Assembly (NCBI GenBank): GCA_947303895.1
Contig: CAMYZQ010000001.1
Coordinates: forward strand, 5,779 to 69,778
Direction of reading: 5' to 3'
Origin: an uncultured Bacillota bacterium
Lineage (GTDB): Bacteria > Bacillota_I > Bacilli_A > RF39 > UBA660
DNA: 64,000 nucleotides
Under the pieces are notes generated by a model. The model was not told where the DNA came from and did not search any database. It saw nothing but the letters and a program-made list of their open reading frames with translations. Made by a program: the position numbers and the translations under genes. This document shows positions 46,296 to 56,024 of this stretch, in pieces. Position 1 is the stretch's first letter, and each line of letters starts with the position of its first letter.

Positions 46296-48684
46296 AGTAA
46301 ATAAACTTCTTGATAAAGTAAATAATCCTAAAAAATCACATCATAAAAAGAAAGAAAGTTTTTCTGTTGATGAAAGATTAGTTACAATAAAAGAATCAGT
46401 AAATAAAATTTTAGGTAAATATGCAGATTCAACTATTGTAATAAAGTCTAAAGAAGAATATGATGATTATATTAATAAGTGTATTGATATAGGTATTGTA
46501 GCTCTTGATACTGAAACTAATAATAGCTTAGATCCTTTAACTTGTATGTTAATGGGATTATGTTTATATGCACCTGGATTGCCAGCAGCGTATGTACCTG
46601 TTCATCATATAAATAGAGAAACAGGTGAGAGATTAAGTTGGCAGTTAGATGAGAAACAAATAAAAGAAGGCATAGAAAAACTTAAAAATATAAAAATATT
46701 AACTCATAATGGTAAATTTGATTATGAAGTAATTAAATGTACTTGTGATTGTGATTTCCCAATATATTGGGATTCCCAGATAGCTGCAAAGGTGCTTGAT
46801 GAAAATGAATTATCTGCAAGGTTAAAAGATCAATATGTAATGAAAATTGATCCTAATGAAGAAAAATATTCTATTGAGCATTTATTTGAAGGGTTAGATT
46901 ATGCAATAGTTGCACCCGAACTATTCGCTTTATATGCAGCTACAGATTCATTTAAAACATATAAATTATATGAATATCAATATAAACAGTTAAATAAACC
47001 TGAAAATAGTAGATTACTTGATTTATTATTTAATGTAGAGTTTCCTGTAATACCTGTAGTAGCTGAAATGGAATTAACAGGTGTTTGTATTGATTTAGAA
47101 TATTCTGACAGATTGAGAAAAAAATATGATGATAAATTAGCTAATTTACAATCAAGAGTAGATAAAGAATTATCTAAATATGATGATGTAATTGCAAAAT
47201 GGAGATTAACAGAAGAAGCTAATCATCACCCAATAAAATCTACAGGAAATGGGTTAGGTAAATCTAAATCTGAACAATTAGAAAATCCTGTAAATTTGGC
47301 TTCACCAACACAACTTGCAATATTACTGTATGATGTGTTAAAAGTTCCAGTAGTTGATAAGAAAAAACCAAGAGGTACAGGTGAAGATATATTACTAAAA
47401 ATAGATTTACCTCTGTGTAAATTAATTCTGGAATATAGAGGGTTAATGAAACTTGTTAATACCTATATTGAAAAATTACCAGAATGTATATCTGAGAGAG
47501 ATGGTAGATTACACGCAAGCTTCAATCAATATGGAGCAGCTACAGGTAGGTTTAGTTCAAGTGACCCAAATCTTCAAAACATACCTTCGCACGAAAATTC
47601 TATACGAATGCTATTTACAGCAAGTCCTGGTTATGTTATGTGTGGTGGAGACTTTTCACAGCAAGAGCCTCGTTTACTAGCACATTATTCAGATGATGAA
47701 AATATGATAAATGCATATAAAGATGGAAAAGATTTATATGCTACAATCGCATCAAGAGTTTATCATAATAAATATGAAGATAATCTAGAATTTAGACCTG
47801 ATGGTAGTATTAATCCAGATGGAAAGAAAAGAAGATCTGCTTGCAAGGTACTTTTGTTAGGAATTATGTACGGTATGTCAGTACCCGCTATTGCAGAGTC
47901 TTTGAACTGTTCTACAAAAGAGGCAAGTGATATAAGATCTAGTTTCTTTAATCAATTTCCAAAAGTTAATAAATGGATAAATGAAACACAGGTTTTCGCA
48001 AAAGAAAATGGCTATGTAGAAGATGCTTGGGGTAGAAGAAGAAGATTACCTGATATACAAAGGCCAAGATATGAAGTTAAATCTAAAAATAAATTTTCAA
48101 CATTTAATCCACTAATAGGTAGTTCTGGTGTAAATTATACTATTAACAATGTGTTAATTGAAAAATATTTATCAGAATTAGATAAATGTAAAAATGCTAA
48201 CGATTTTAATATTATAAAATCAAAAGCAGAAAAAGATAATTTAACAATATATAACAATACAGGTTTTGTATCACAAGCTGAAAGGCAGTGCGTAAATGCA
48301 AGAATTCAGGGTGGTGCTGCTTCTATGTCTAAGCGTGCTATGATAGATGTTTATAATAATAAAGAACTTAAGGATTTAGGTTTTAGATTATTAATAGCTG
48401 TACACGATGAATTGATAGGTGAATGTCCAGAAGAAAATAAAGAAAGATGTAAAGAATTATTGTCTAATATTATGATTAATTCTGCAAAACCTGAAGTAAA
48501 TGTACCTATGAAGTGTGATGCTGATTATTTTAAATCATGGTATGCAGATGTATATAGCTCAGAATTAGAAAAAGAATATAATAATTATTTATCAAAATAT
48601 GATAAAGAAAAAGCTTATGAGCTATTGAAAGATAATCATTCAGAAGTAACTGATGAGTTTATATCAAATATTATTTACAAATAA
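46249..48684 (+). CDS. family A DNA polymerase (Pol I-like) with a 3'-5' exonuclease domain
   Basis: Exo I IVALDTETN; motif A GDFSQQEPRLLAHYS; motif B RRSACKVLLLGIMYGMS; motif C VHDELIGE. Confidence 0.9.
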   Translation: MNLWGEEFVLETTQNKVNKLLDKVNNPKKSHHKKKESFSVDERLVTIKESVNKILGKYADSTIVIKSKEEYDDYINKCIDIGIVALDTETNNSLDPLTCMLMGLCLYAPGLPAAYVPVHHINRETGERLSWQLDEKQIKEGIEKLKNIKILTHNGKFDYEVIKCTCDCDFPIYWDSQIAAKVLDENELSARLKDQYVMKIDPNEEKYSIEHLFEGLDYAIVAPELFALYAATDSFKTYKLYEYQYKQLNKPENSRLLDLLFNVEFPVIPVVAEMELTGVCIDLEYSDRLRKKYDDKLANLQSRVDKELSKYDDVIAKWRLTEEANHHPIKSTGNGLGKSKSEQLENPVNLASPTQLAILLYDVLKVPVVDKKKPRGTGEDILLKIDLPLCKLILEYRGLMKLVNTYIEKLPECISERDGRLHASFNQYGAATGRFSSSDPNLQNIPSHENSIRMLFTASPGYVMCGGDFSQQEPRLLAHYSDDENMINAYKDGKDLYATIASRVYHNKYEDNLEFRPDGSINPDGKKRRSACKVLLLGIMYGMSVPAIAESLNCSTKEASDIRSSFFNQFPKVNKWINETQVFAKENGYVEDAWGRRRRLPDIQRPRYEVKSKNKFSTFNPLIGSSGVNYTINNVLIEKYLSELDKCKNANDFNIIKSKAEKDNLTIYNNTGFVSQAERQCVNARIQGGAASMSKRAMIDVYNNKELKDLGFRLLIAVHDELIGECPEENKERCKELLSNIMINSAKPEVNVPMKCDADYFKSWYADVYSSELEKEYNNYLSKYDKEKAYELLKDNHSEVTDEFISNIIYK

Positions 48685-48702
48685 ACCAAAATATAGTATA
48701 AT
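48674..48702 (+). promoter_or_regulatory. sigma-70-like promoter TTTACA-N17-TATAAT, possibly giving a leaderless mRNA
   Basis: -35 tttaca 48674-48679, a 17-nt spacer, -10 tataat 48697-48702; the ATG of the next gene is at 48710, with no SD. Confidence 0.35.
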
Positions 48703-48709
48703 ATAATAA

Positions 48710-49366
48710 ATGGAACATAATATAGTAGAAAAATTAAATTTAATTCCATATATTGGTGCTTCAGATTCTTGTCTTGCAGCTATGGAATTTGCAGAGCATA
48801 ATTTAGCCCATGTTTCTCGTGTAGCTAAAATGGCTTGCAAGATATTATCAGAATTAGGTTATAGTGAGCATACGATAGAGTTAACTGAAATTGCTGGGTA
48901 TATGCACGATATTGGTAATGTTGTGAACAGGCATGATCATGCTCATTCAAGCGCAATATTAGCATATAATATTCTCTTAAAGAATGGTTATGAATTAGAA
49001 GATATTTTAAAAATAATATCTGCTATTGGTAATCATGATGTAACTACAGGGTTTCCAGTTAGCCCTATTGCAGCTGCACTTATAATTGCAGATAAATCTG
49101 ATGTAAGAAGAAGCAGAGTTAGGAAACAAGATCTAAATACTTTTGATATTTATGATAAAGTACATTATTCTGTAGATTCTTCTATATTAACAGTTGATAA
49201 AGATAGTAGAGTAATAACACTTAAGTTAAAACTTAATACAAACTATAGTTCTGTACTCGATTACTATGATACATTCTATAGCAGAATGCAACTGTGTAAG
49301 AAAGCTGCAGAATATTTAGATATGAAATTTTGTTTACAAATTAATGATGTAAAACTAATGGATTAA
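48710..49366 (+). CDS. HD-domain (HDIG-type) metal-dependent phosphohydrolase
   Basis: H..RVAKMA (first His), YMHDIGN (HD), HDHAHSS, IIADKSD (Asp), with HD-domain spacing. Confidence 0.7.
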   Translation: MEHNIVEKLNLIPYIGASDSCLAAMEFAEHNLAHVSRVAKMACKILSELGYSEHTIELTEIAGYMHDIGNVVNRHDHAHSSAILAYNILLKNGYELEDILKIISAIGNHDVTTGFPVSPIAAALIIADKSDVRRSRVRKQDLNTFDIYDKVHYSVDSSILTVDKDSRVITLKLKLNTNYSSVLDYYDTFYSRMQLCKKAAEYLDMKFCLQINDVKLMD

Positions 49367-49377
49367 TGAGGTAATAT

Positions 49378-50496
49378 ATGTCAATAACACTAAAAACAGA
49401 AGAGTTAAATAATATTTGTTCTAAAATTCTTTTTGCTGTAGATTCTAATGGGTTGTCAGAGATAACAGAAACATTGGAGCTTGTACTGAATAATAATAAT
49501 TTGTATTTACAGGTTACCAATAGAGAATATTTTATTAAGATTAAACTGTCAACAAATATAGCTGAAGATTTTCACGCAACAGTAAATGCTGAGCTTTTCC
49601 TTAAACTAATTTCAAAGATAACTACTGAATTAGTTACTATGTATATATCAGATAATTGCTTGTTAATTACAGGTAATGGTAAATATAAGCTTCCACTTGT
49701 ATATGATGGTACTGAATTACTGAAACTTCCAGAAATAACTATAGATAATGTTACTAATTCATTTAGTATAAGTGGCGATGTTTTAGATAGTATTTTTACA
49801 TATAACAGTAAGCAGCTTATAGGTAAGGTTATTAATAATCCTGTACAGAGTCTATATTATGTAGATAATGAAGGTGCTATTACATTTACTTCTGGTGCGT
49901 GTGTAAATAAGTTTGAGCTTGATGAAGATGTTAAGCTGTTGCTTAATTCTAAATTGGTTAAACTGTTTAAGCTATTTAAATCTGATACTGTAGAGTTTTC
50001 TATTGGTCAGGATAAACTGTCAGAAGAACTTATTCAGACAAAAGCGAGGTTTAAAACTTCTGATATTGAATTAACAGCAGTATTGCCTACAAATGAAGCT
50101 TCTATTAAAAAGGTGCCAGTTAAGGTAATTAGAGATAGAGCATATAAAGATTATAAATATTCTGTAACTATTAATAGAGTAGAAATGCTTCAGGCAATTA
50201 ATAGACTGTTTATTTTCTCAGATAAAAGTTCAGCTATAGATAGAACTTATGGTGTATTTACTTTTGAGAAAAATAAAGTTATAATTAGTGATATGAATAG
50301 TGTAAATAAAGAAGAAATTGTTTATGCTAATGAGTCTATTATAAGCGATGAATATAAAGCAGTGCTTGATTTTACAGATATAAAATCTATTCTTGATTCT
50401 TCAACTGGAGAATTTATTACATTTAATTTTGGAGATAATCAGGCTATTGTTTGTGTTAAAGATAATATTTACAATATTGTTCCTGAGATTGTATAA
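49378..50496 (+). CDS. possible DNA polymerase sliding clamp (beta-clamp-like); weak assignment
   Basis: 372 aa (beta-clamp size); located in a replisome operon that encodes a DnaX-type clamp loader; no diagnostic motif. Confidence 0.3.
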   Translation: MSITLKTEELNNICSKILFAVDSNGLSEITETLELVLNNNNLYLQVTNREYFIKIKLSTNIAEDFHATVNAELFLKLISKITTELVTMYISDNCLLITGNGKYKLPLVYDGTELLKLPEITIDNVTNSFSISGDVLDSIFTYNSKQLIGKVINNPVQSLYYVDNEGAITFTSGACVNKFELDEDVKLLLNSKLVKLFKLFKSDTVEFSIGQDKLSEELIQTKARFKTSDIELTAVLPTNEASIKKVPVKVIRDRAYKDYKYSVTINRVEMLQAINRLFIFSDKSSAIDRTYGVFTFEKNKVIISDMNSVNKEEIVYANESIISDEYKAVLDFTDIKSILDSSTGEFITFNFGDNQAIVCVKDNIYNIVPEIV

Positions 50497-50510
50497 TAAT
50501 GGAGTAAATT

Positions 50511-50948
50511 ATGGATAAATTTGGGTTATTTGATATTGAAACAACAGAAGAAGATGCAAGATATACAGGCAAAGTTTCTATACCACAGTATCTACCTAAA
50601 GCTGAATGTCCAAGTGTACACGAATTAATTTCAACACGCAAGTATGATGAACTTGTAAACGAGATTAAAACAGCTTCGATTAGTGATGATCAGAAAGACT
50701 TTTTAATTAAAGCTGCTACTCGTCATATGGTATTTAATTATGGCAAGATAGCTGATTATTATGCTCATCAGGGTAAAGAAATGCAAGCGTTAATGGAAAA
50801 ATCAGCATTAGTTATCATAGATTTGAATGATGCTATTGCTAATGGTTATGTAACTTTGCAGAATAGAATTATGGATATAGCTAGAAAGCAGACTTCTGTG
50901 CAAGAGGCCATAGCTAAAGATTCGGAGACTAAAAATGGTAAGGGATAA
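50511..50948 (+). CDS. hypothetical protein (145 aa)
   Basis: ORF; no motif. Confidence 0.4.
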   Translation: MDKFGLFDIETTEEDARYTGKVSIPQYLPKAECPSVHELISTRKYDELVNEIKTASISDDQKDFLIKAATRHMVFNYGKIADYYAHQGKEMQALMEKSALVIIDLNDAIANGYVTLQNRIMDIARKQTSVQEAIAKDSETKNGKG

Positions 50949-51795
50949 TTTTGCAATATTCATTTTATCTCATGGTAGACCTGATGAGGTTTTTACTGTA
51001 AAAACTCTACAAAAAGTTGGGTATACTGGTAAATACTATTTCATTATTGATAATGAAGATGATACTGTAGACGGGTATAGAAAACTTTTTGGCGAAGATA
51101 GAGTTATTGTATTTGATAAGGCAGCTGTTGCTAAAAAGTTTGATGTTTATGATAATTTTGATGGCAGAAATGTAGTTGTATATGCTAGAAATGTATGCTT
51201 TGATATAGCAAGAGAACTTAAGCTTGACTATTTTGCAGAATTCGAAGACGATTATCTTGATTTTAGATATAGAGTACCTGAAGGTCAAGTACTAAGATCT
51301 ATAAATATAGAAGACTTTGATGCTGTTTGTGAAGCTATGCTTGATTTTCTTGATTCTACAGGTGTGAGAACTATTGCATTTGCACAAAATGGTGAAATGG
51401 CTGGTGGTGTAAATAGTAATGTTTGGAAAACACAGGTTAAGCGTAAAGCTATGAATACATTTTATTTTAAGGTTGGTAAGCCTGAAGATGATTTTTATTT
51501 CTTAGGTAGGTTTAACGACGATGTAAATGCATATACAGTTCTTGGTCAAAGGGGAGAAATATTTTTACAAACACCTATAGTTAATTTAGGTCAGGTAATT
51601 ACTCAATCAAGAAAAGGTGGTAATACAGAGGCTTATAAAGCTTATGGTACATATGTAAAATCATTTTATTCTATATTAGCTTGTCCTCATAGTGTGAAAA
51701 TTGCTATGGTTGGTGAGAGCCATCCACGATTACATCACACAATTAATTGGAAAACTTGTGTACCAAAAATTATTAGTGATAGGTTTAGAAATTGA
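50935..51795 (+). CDS. GT-A-fold glycosyltransferase-like protein, paralog of 38682..39734
   Basis: FAIFILSHGRPDEV ... YYFIIDNEDD ... AEFEDDYLDF, parallel to IVIPSYNRPKN ... YYLVRESQ ... FLFDDDIQ in ORF 38682. Confidence 0.4.
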   Translation: MVRDNFAIFILSHGRPDEVFTVKTLQKVGYTGKYYFIIDNEDDTVDGYRKLFGEDRVIVFDKAAVAKKFDVYDNFDGRNVVVYARNVCFDIARELKLDYFAEFEDDYLDFRYRVPEGQVLRSINIEDFDAVCEAMLDFLDSTGVRTIAFAQNGEMAGGVNSNVWKTQVKRKAMNTFYFKVGKPEDDFYFLGRFNDDVNAYTVLGQRGEIFLQTPIVNLGQVITQSRKGGNTEAYKAYGTYVKSFYSILACPHSVKIAMVGESHPRLHHTINWKTCVPKIISDRFRN

Positions 51796-52235
51796 GAGGT
51801 TATAATATGAAAATTGGTATATATCCTATGGTAGCAGATATTCTTCACCCAGGGCATTTAATAGCTATAGAAGAAGCTAAAAAATATTGTGATTATCTTA
51901 TTGTAGCATTACATTGTTGCCCAAATTATAAAGACCCTGTACAGACAATATATGAAAGATATATGCAGTTAAGGGCAGTAAAATGGGTAGATGAAGTAAT
52001 TCCATACTATGATAAATATGATGCTGCTACAATGCTAAAGAGTTTTAACTATGATGTGTACTTCTTGGGAGATGATCATAAGGGCAAAGATTGGGAAAAT
52101 AAAGACCTGCTGTCCACCCTTGGTAAAGAAGTTATTTATCTTCCAAGACAACATGATTTTAGTAGCACTAACCTTAAGATAAGAATTGTTGATAAGGAGA
52201 TGAATATAAATGAAGAAGTACATACTAACGCATAA
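51792..52235 (+). CDS. cytidylyltransferase-family nucleotidyltransferase (TagD / glycerol-3-phosphate cytidylyltransferase-like)
   Basis: GIYPMVADILHPGH ((H/T)xGH motif), WVDEVIP, LGDDH, YLPRQHDFSSTNLK, collinear with TagD TYGTFDLLHWGH / YVDEVIP / GDDW / YLPRTEGISTT. Confidence 0.75.
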   Translation: MRGYNMKIGIYPMVADILHPGHLIAIEEAKKYCDYLIVALHCCPNYKDPVQTIYERYMQLRAVKWVDEVIPYYDKYDAATMLKSFNYDVYFLGDDHKGKDWENKDLLSTLGKEVIYLPRQHDFSSTNLKIRIVDKEMNINEEVHTNA

Positions 52236-52407
52236 AGGTGCAATTAATACAAATATAACTGATAACCCTCATACAGAATGTTTTCATATTATAGATAATA
52301 TTCTTTATAAAGAAGATATTCTTGGTAATTTGTATGATTGTGGTGAAGTAATAGGTGAATATGATACTTTAGGAGAAATACTAGCTAATTCAAATGAAAA
52401 CAATTAA
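52210..52407 (+). CDS. hypothetical small protein (65 aa)
   Basis: ORF. Confidence 0.3.
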   Translation: MKKYILTHKGAINTNITDNPHTECFHIIDNILYKEDILGNLYDCGEVIGEYDTLGEILANSNENN

Positions 52408-52822
52408 GATAAAATATTTTACAGACATAGAACCTATTGAGAAAATATCAAAAGGTGATTGGATAGATTTGAGAGCTGCAAAAGATGTTGAACTTGAAGC
52501 AGGTGAACATACTCTCATACCTCTTGGTGTTGGAATGATTTTACCAGAAGGTTATGAAGCACATATTGTACCAAGAAGTAGTACATTTAAAAAATATAGT
52601 GTTATTCAAGCTAACCATATGGGAATAATAGACAATTCTTATTCTGGAGAAGAAGATGAATGGAAATTTTCTGCTTATGCTGTAGAACATACATTTATTA
52701 AAAAGAATGATAGAATTTGTCAATTTAGAATTATGAAAAAACAACCTGAAATTTCTTTTGAAGAAGTAGAACATTTGAATGAAAAAAGCAGGGGTGGTTT
52801 TGGTAGTACAGGAACTAATTAA
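52394..52822 (+). CDS. dut: dUTP diphosphatase (trimeric dUTPase)
   Basis: All five dUTPase motifs are present in order: [39 protein letters not shown]. Confidence 0.85.
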   Translation: MKTIKIKYFTDIEPIEKISKGDWIDLRAAKDVELEAGEHTLIPLGVGMILPEGYEAHIVPRSSTFKKYSVIQANHMGIIDNSYSGEEDEWKFSAYAVEHTFIKKNDRICQFRIMKKQPEISFEEVEHLNEKSRGGFGSTGTN

Positions 52823-53289
52823 TGGCAGTTAGTGGAAAAGCATTTGAAGAGCATTTTAAAGAGGGTTGGAAAAAGTCTTTTCCTGAAGGAGATATATTAA
52901 GACTTTATGATGTAACTAGTGGATATGTTAATATAAGTAATGTATCAGACTTTATATGCTATTCATATCCTAATATGTTCTATATAGAATGTAAAGTTCA
53001 TAAAGGTGCTAGTATTCCTTTTGATAAGATTTCTCAATATCCCAAATTGCTAGAAAAATCTAATATTTACGGAATAAGGGCGGGTGTGTTATTATATTTA
53101 TATGAAAAATTTAGAGTATTTTACATACCAGCAACTACTATTCAGCAATTAAAAGCTGATGGTAAAAAATCAGTAGGTATAAAAGCTTTTGATGAAGGTT
53201 ATAATATAATTGAAATACCATCAACAAAATTACGAGTTTTTATGGATTCTGATTATTCTGTATTGCAAAATTTAAACGAAGGAGATTAG
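52822..53289 (+). CDS. Hjc/RecU-like PD-(D/E)xK nuclease, putative Holliday junction resolvase
   Basis: GKAFEEHF...LYDVTSGYVNISNVSDFICYSYPNMFYIECKVHKG fits the Hjc pattern G..fE......G...SG...D......IE.K. Confidence 0.5.
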   Translation: MAVSGKAFEEHFKEGWKKSFPEGDILRLYDVTSGYVNISNVSDFICYSYPNMFYIECKVHKGASIPFDKISQYPKLLEKSNIYGIRAGVLLYLYEKFRVFYIPATTIQQLKADGKKSVGIKAFDEGYNIIEIPSTKLRVFMDSDYSVLQNLNEGD

Positions 53290-53291
53290 AT

Positions 53292-53852
53292 ATGGATATT
53301 GATAAGATTAACAATTCTCTTGATACCATTAGTGTTGATGTTAGCTATATAGAAAATATTATTAATGACATTGTTTCAGAATATAGTTCCGATTTAGATA
53401 AAATTATGGAAAATATTTATAATAATGTTATTAATGATGAATATCCAGCTATTAACACTATTGAAAAATATTTTATGGAGCTTTCAAATTGCTTATATTT
53501 TATGTGTGAAAAAAGTGAAAGACTTGGTATATTTGATTCCATTAGTAAATCAAAAGCACAGGAAACTTATAATACCAAATATCTTGAACATCAACACTCT
53601 ACAGATGGTAAGGTTGGAGCTAAAAAGCCTACTGTTGCAGAAAGTCAAGCAATTTCTGAAAATGCTTCTATATATGATAAAACAGTAAATGATCTTTATA
53701 ACAGAGCATATAAGATTATTAAAGCTAAAGTATCGGCTGCAGAAACAATGGTGAGTACATTGTCTAAAATTCTTAGCCATAGAATGCAGGAATCTCAACT
53801 TGTTTCAATGCAAACTGGGAGGAAAATATTAAATGAAGAAAATGTTTTCTAA
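53292..53852 (+). CDS. hypothetical protein (186 aa)
   Basis: ORF. Confidence 0.4.
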   Translation: MDIDKINNSLDTISVDVSYIENIINDIVSEYSSDLDKIMENIYNNVINDEYPAINTIEKYFMELSNCLYFMCEKSERLGIFDSISKSKAQETYNTKYLEHQHSTDGKVGAKKPTVAESQAISENASIYDKTVNDLYNRAYKIIKAKVSAAETMVSTLSKILSHRMQESQLVSMQTGRKILNEENVF

Positions 53853-54174
53853 AGAAGAATTTGTTGAAATTATAAATGCACTGTGTAAGGAGCGCGATGT
53901 ATTAAGTGAGCTATATCAAAAATATAATATAGATATTATTGATTGTAGGTGGCGTCAAAGTGATTATTATTTAGTAAAACTACTACAGTATGTATTTGAT
54001 GATGAAGCTTCTTGGATAGATTGGTGGTGTTGGGAAACTGATTTTGGTAGAGATTGGGATCTTTCAAGACTATATTATACAGAAAACGATAAAGAAGTAG
54101 AATTAATTTTAGATAGTGCAGAAAAATTATATGATTTTTTAGTTTCAAATGTGAAAGAGAAGATTGATGGCTGA
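53833..54174 (+). CDS. hypothetical protein (113 aa)
   Basis: ORF. Confidence 0.4.
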   Translation: MKKMFSKEEFVEIINALCKERDVLSELYQKYNIDIIDCRWRQSDYYLVKLLQYVFDDEASWIDWWCWETDFGRDWDLSRLYYTENDKEVELILDSAEKLYDFLVSNVKEKIDG

Positions 54175-55354
54175 ATTAACTTTAAATGGTGTATTAAAAG
54201 ATATCTCAAAGAAGTATGGAGATAATGTTGCAAAATTTGGTGCAGATAGCTTAGAGGTAGATGGTATTCTTTCTCTTGGATCTCCAATGCTTGATTATTG
54301 TCTGTATGGTGGAATACCTGAAGGTAGGATAATTGAATTAAGTGGTGCTGAAGGTTCAGGTAAAACTACTACAGCATTTATGATTGCTGCTTCTTATATA
54401 AAAGAAGAATTAAAGCGTAACCCAGAAGATCCGAGATGTATTATTTTTCTTGATAATGAAGGTACATTAGACCCAACTTGGGCAGCAGTATTTGGGTATG
54501 ATTTATCAGAAGAAGCACCTGTAAGAACTATAGTTATTAGGCCGGAAGGTCAAAATGCTGAAGAAATATTTGATATGGCATTAAATCTTCTGAGAACAGG
54601 TGAGGTTGGTTTACTGATATTTGATAGTATTGCTACACTCGTACCAGCACAGATTGCTGATGAGTCAATGGAAAAATATCAAATGGGCGGTATTGCTAAA
54701 TCTCTAACGAGATTTGCTAATACGGCATTAGGGTTACTTAGAAAATATCATGCTACATTGATAGCAATAAACCAGGTGCGTGAGAATATGTCAGGTTATG
54801 GAAACCCAATTACTACTCCTGGTGGTAGAGCTTGGAAACACGCTTGCTCTTCTAGGTTAATGTTTAAACGAGGTGAGTTTTTTGATGCTGATGGAAATAA
54901 ACTTTCAACTACAGCAGAATCACCTGCTGGCCATATTGTAAATGTGGCTGTATTAAAAACTAAAACTAATAAATGGGATAGAAAAGGTGGCTCATATAGG
55001 TTAAATTATACAAGGGGAGTTGATATTTTATCTGATACTATTGAAGCTGCTTTGCATTTTGGTTTAATAGATAATAGTACTCAAGGATCATATAAAATTA
55101 TAGACCCTGAAACTGGAGAAATTAAACTTGATTCTGAAGGTAAGGAAATTAAAATAAGAGGTAAGGCAAATGTAACTACTTATTTTAATGAACATTTAGA
55201 TGAATGGAAAGCATTATATGATGCTGTATATGATAGAATAAGAGAAAAAGAATCTCCTTATAACTATGCATTTGAGCAGATGCTTAATAGTGAAGTTGAT
55301 AAAGTATTTGGTGATAGTGTAGCTAGAGCAAGGGCTGAAGAAGAGGAATACTAA
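54164..55354 (+). CDS. RecA/UvsX-family recombinase
   Basis: Walker A GAEGSGKTT; IAINQVRENMSGYGNPITTPGGRAWKHACSSRLMFKRGEF aligns with RecA FINQIR...[24 protein letters not shown]. Confidence 0.85.
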   Translation: MMAELTLNGVLKDISKKYGDNVAKFGADSLEVDGILSLGSPMLDYCLYGGIPEGRIIELSGAEGSGKTTTAFMIAASYIKEELKRNPEDPRCIIFLDNEGTLDPTWAAVFGYDLSEEAPVRTIVIRPEGQNAEEIFDMALNLLRTGEVGLLIFDSIATLVPAQIADESMEKYQMGGIAKSLTRFANTALGLLRKYHATLIAINQVRENMSGYGNPITTPGGRAWKHACSSRLMFKRGEFFDADGNKLSTTAESPAGHIVNVAVLKTKTNKWDRKGGSYRLNYTRGVDILSDTIEAALHFGLIDNSTQGSYKIIDPETGEIKLDSEGKEIKIRGKANVTTYFNEHLDEWKALYDAVYDRIREKESPYNYAFEQMLNSEVDKVFGDSVARARAEEEEY

Positions 55355-55617
55355 TGGATAAAAAGTTTGAAACTATCGTACTTACAGAAGAAGATTTTGG
55401 AGAAGATTTATATAATGCAGTTGGCACTGTGTTGAAAATTCTATTTAAAGCCGGTTATATTTGTGTTGTTAAGGAAGAAATTGATGGCATTATTAGAATA
55501 GATTATAATTATGATGAATATAATAATTTTGGTAATGCTTTGCCAGTATGGCTTGACATAGATGAGGCTGAATTACTTTATTCATTAATAGATGATGAAG
55601 GGGAGTATATTGACTAA
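55354..55617 (+). CDS. hypothetical acidic protein (87 aa)
   Basis: ORF. Confidence 0.35.
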   Translation: MDKKFETIVLTEEDFGEDLYNAVGTVLKILFKAGYICVVKEEIDGIIRIDYNYDEYNNFGNALPVWLDIDEAELLYSLIDDEGEYID

Positions 55618-55969
55618 AAATAAAGATGCTACAAGATTTGCTTCTGGTATACAGGAGAATAGAATAGCTAAAAAATTTAATGGTAAGGTGTCTTCTAACT
55701 CAGGTGCTTCTGCTTTTTCAGGCGGGGATGTCTATGTAGAAGACGCCTCTTTATGTATTGAATGTAAAACTTGTATGAAACCTGCTAAATCTTTTTCTAT
55801 TAAAAAAGATTGGATAGAAAAAAATAAGCAAGAAGCTTTTGTACATAGGTTTGAAAATAACTGTATAGCCTTTAATTTTAATTATGAAGATAAAAAAGAC
55901 TATTATGTTATAGATGATAAATTAATGGGATTTCTTATTGAAAGTTTAGAGAAATATTATAACGAATAG
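55592..55969 (+). CDS. second PD-(D/E)xK-type nuclease (Hjc/VRR-NUC-like)
   Basis: GIQENRIAKKF...SNSGASAFSGGDVYVEDASLCIECKT has the same G..E...SG...D...IE.K arrangement. Confidence 0.4.
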   Translation: MMKGSILTKNKDATRFASGIQENRIAKKFNGKVSSNSGASAFSGGDVYVEDASLCIECKTCMKPAKSFSIKKDWIEKNKQEAFVHRFENNCIAFNFNYEDKKDYYVIDDKLMGFLIESLEKYYNE

Positions 55970-55971
55970 TG

Positions 55972-56000
55972 TTTACTTTGTGTATTAATTATTATATAAT
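55972..56000 (+). promoter_or_regulatory. sigma-70-like promoter TTTACT-N17-TATAAT
   Basis: -35 tttact 55972-55977, a 17-nt spacer, -10 tataat 55995-56000; followed by SD AAAGGAGG (56008-56015) and the ATG at 56025. Confidence 0.4.
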
Positions 56001-56024
56001 TAAATAAAAAGGAGGTTAGTTATT

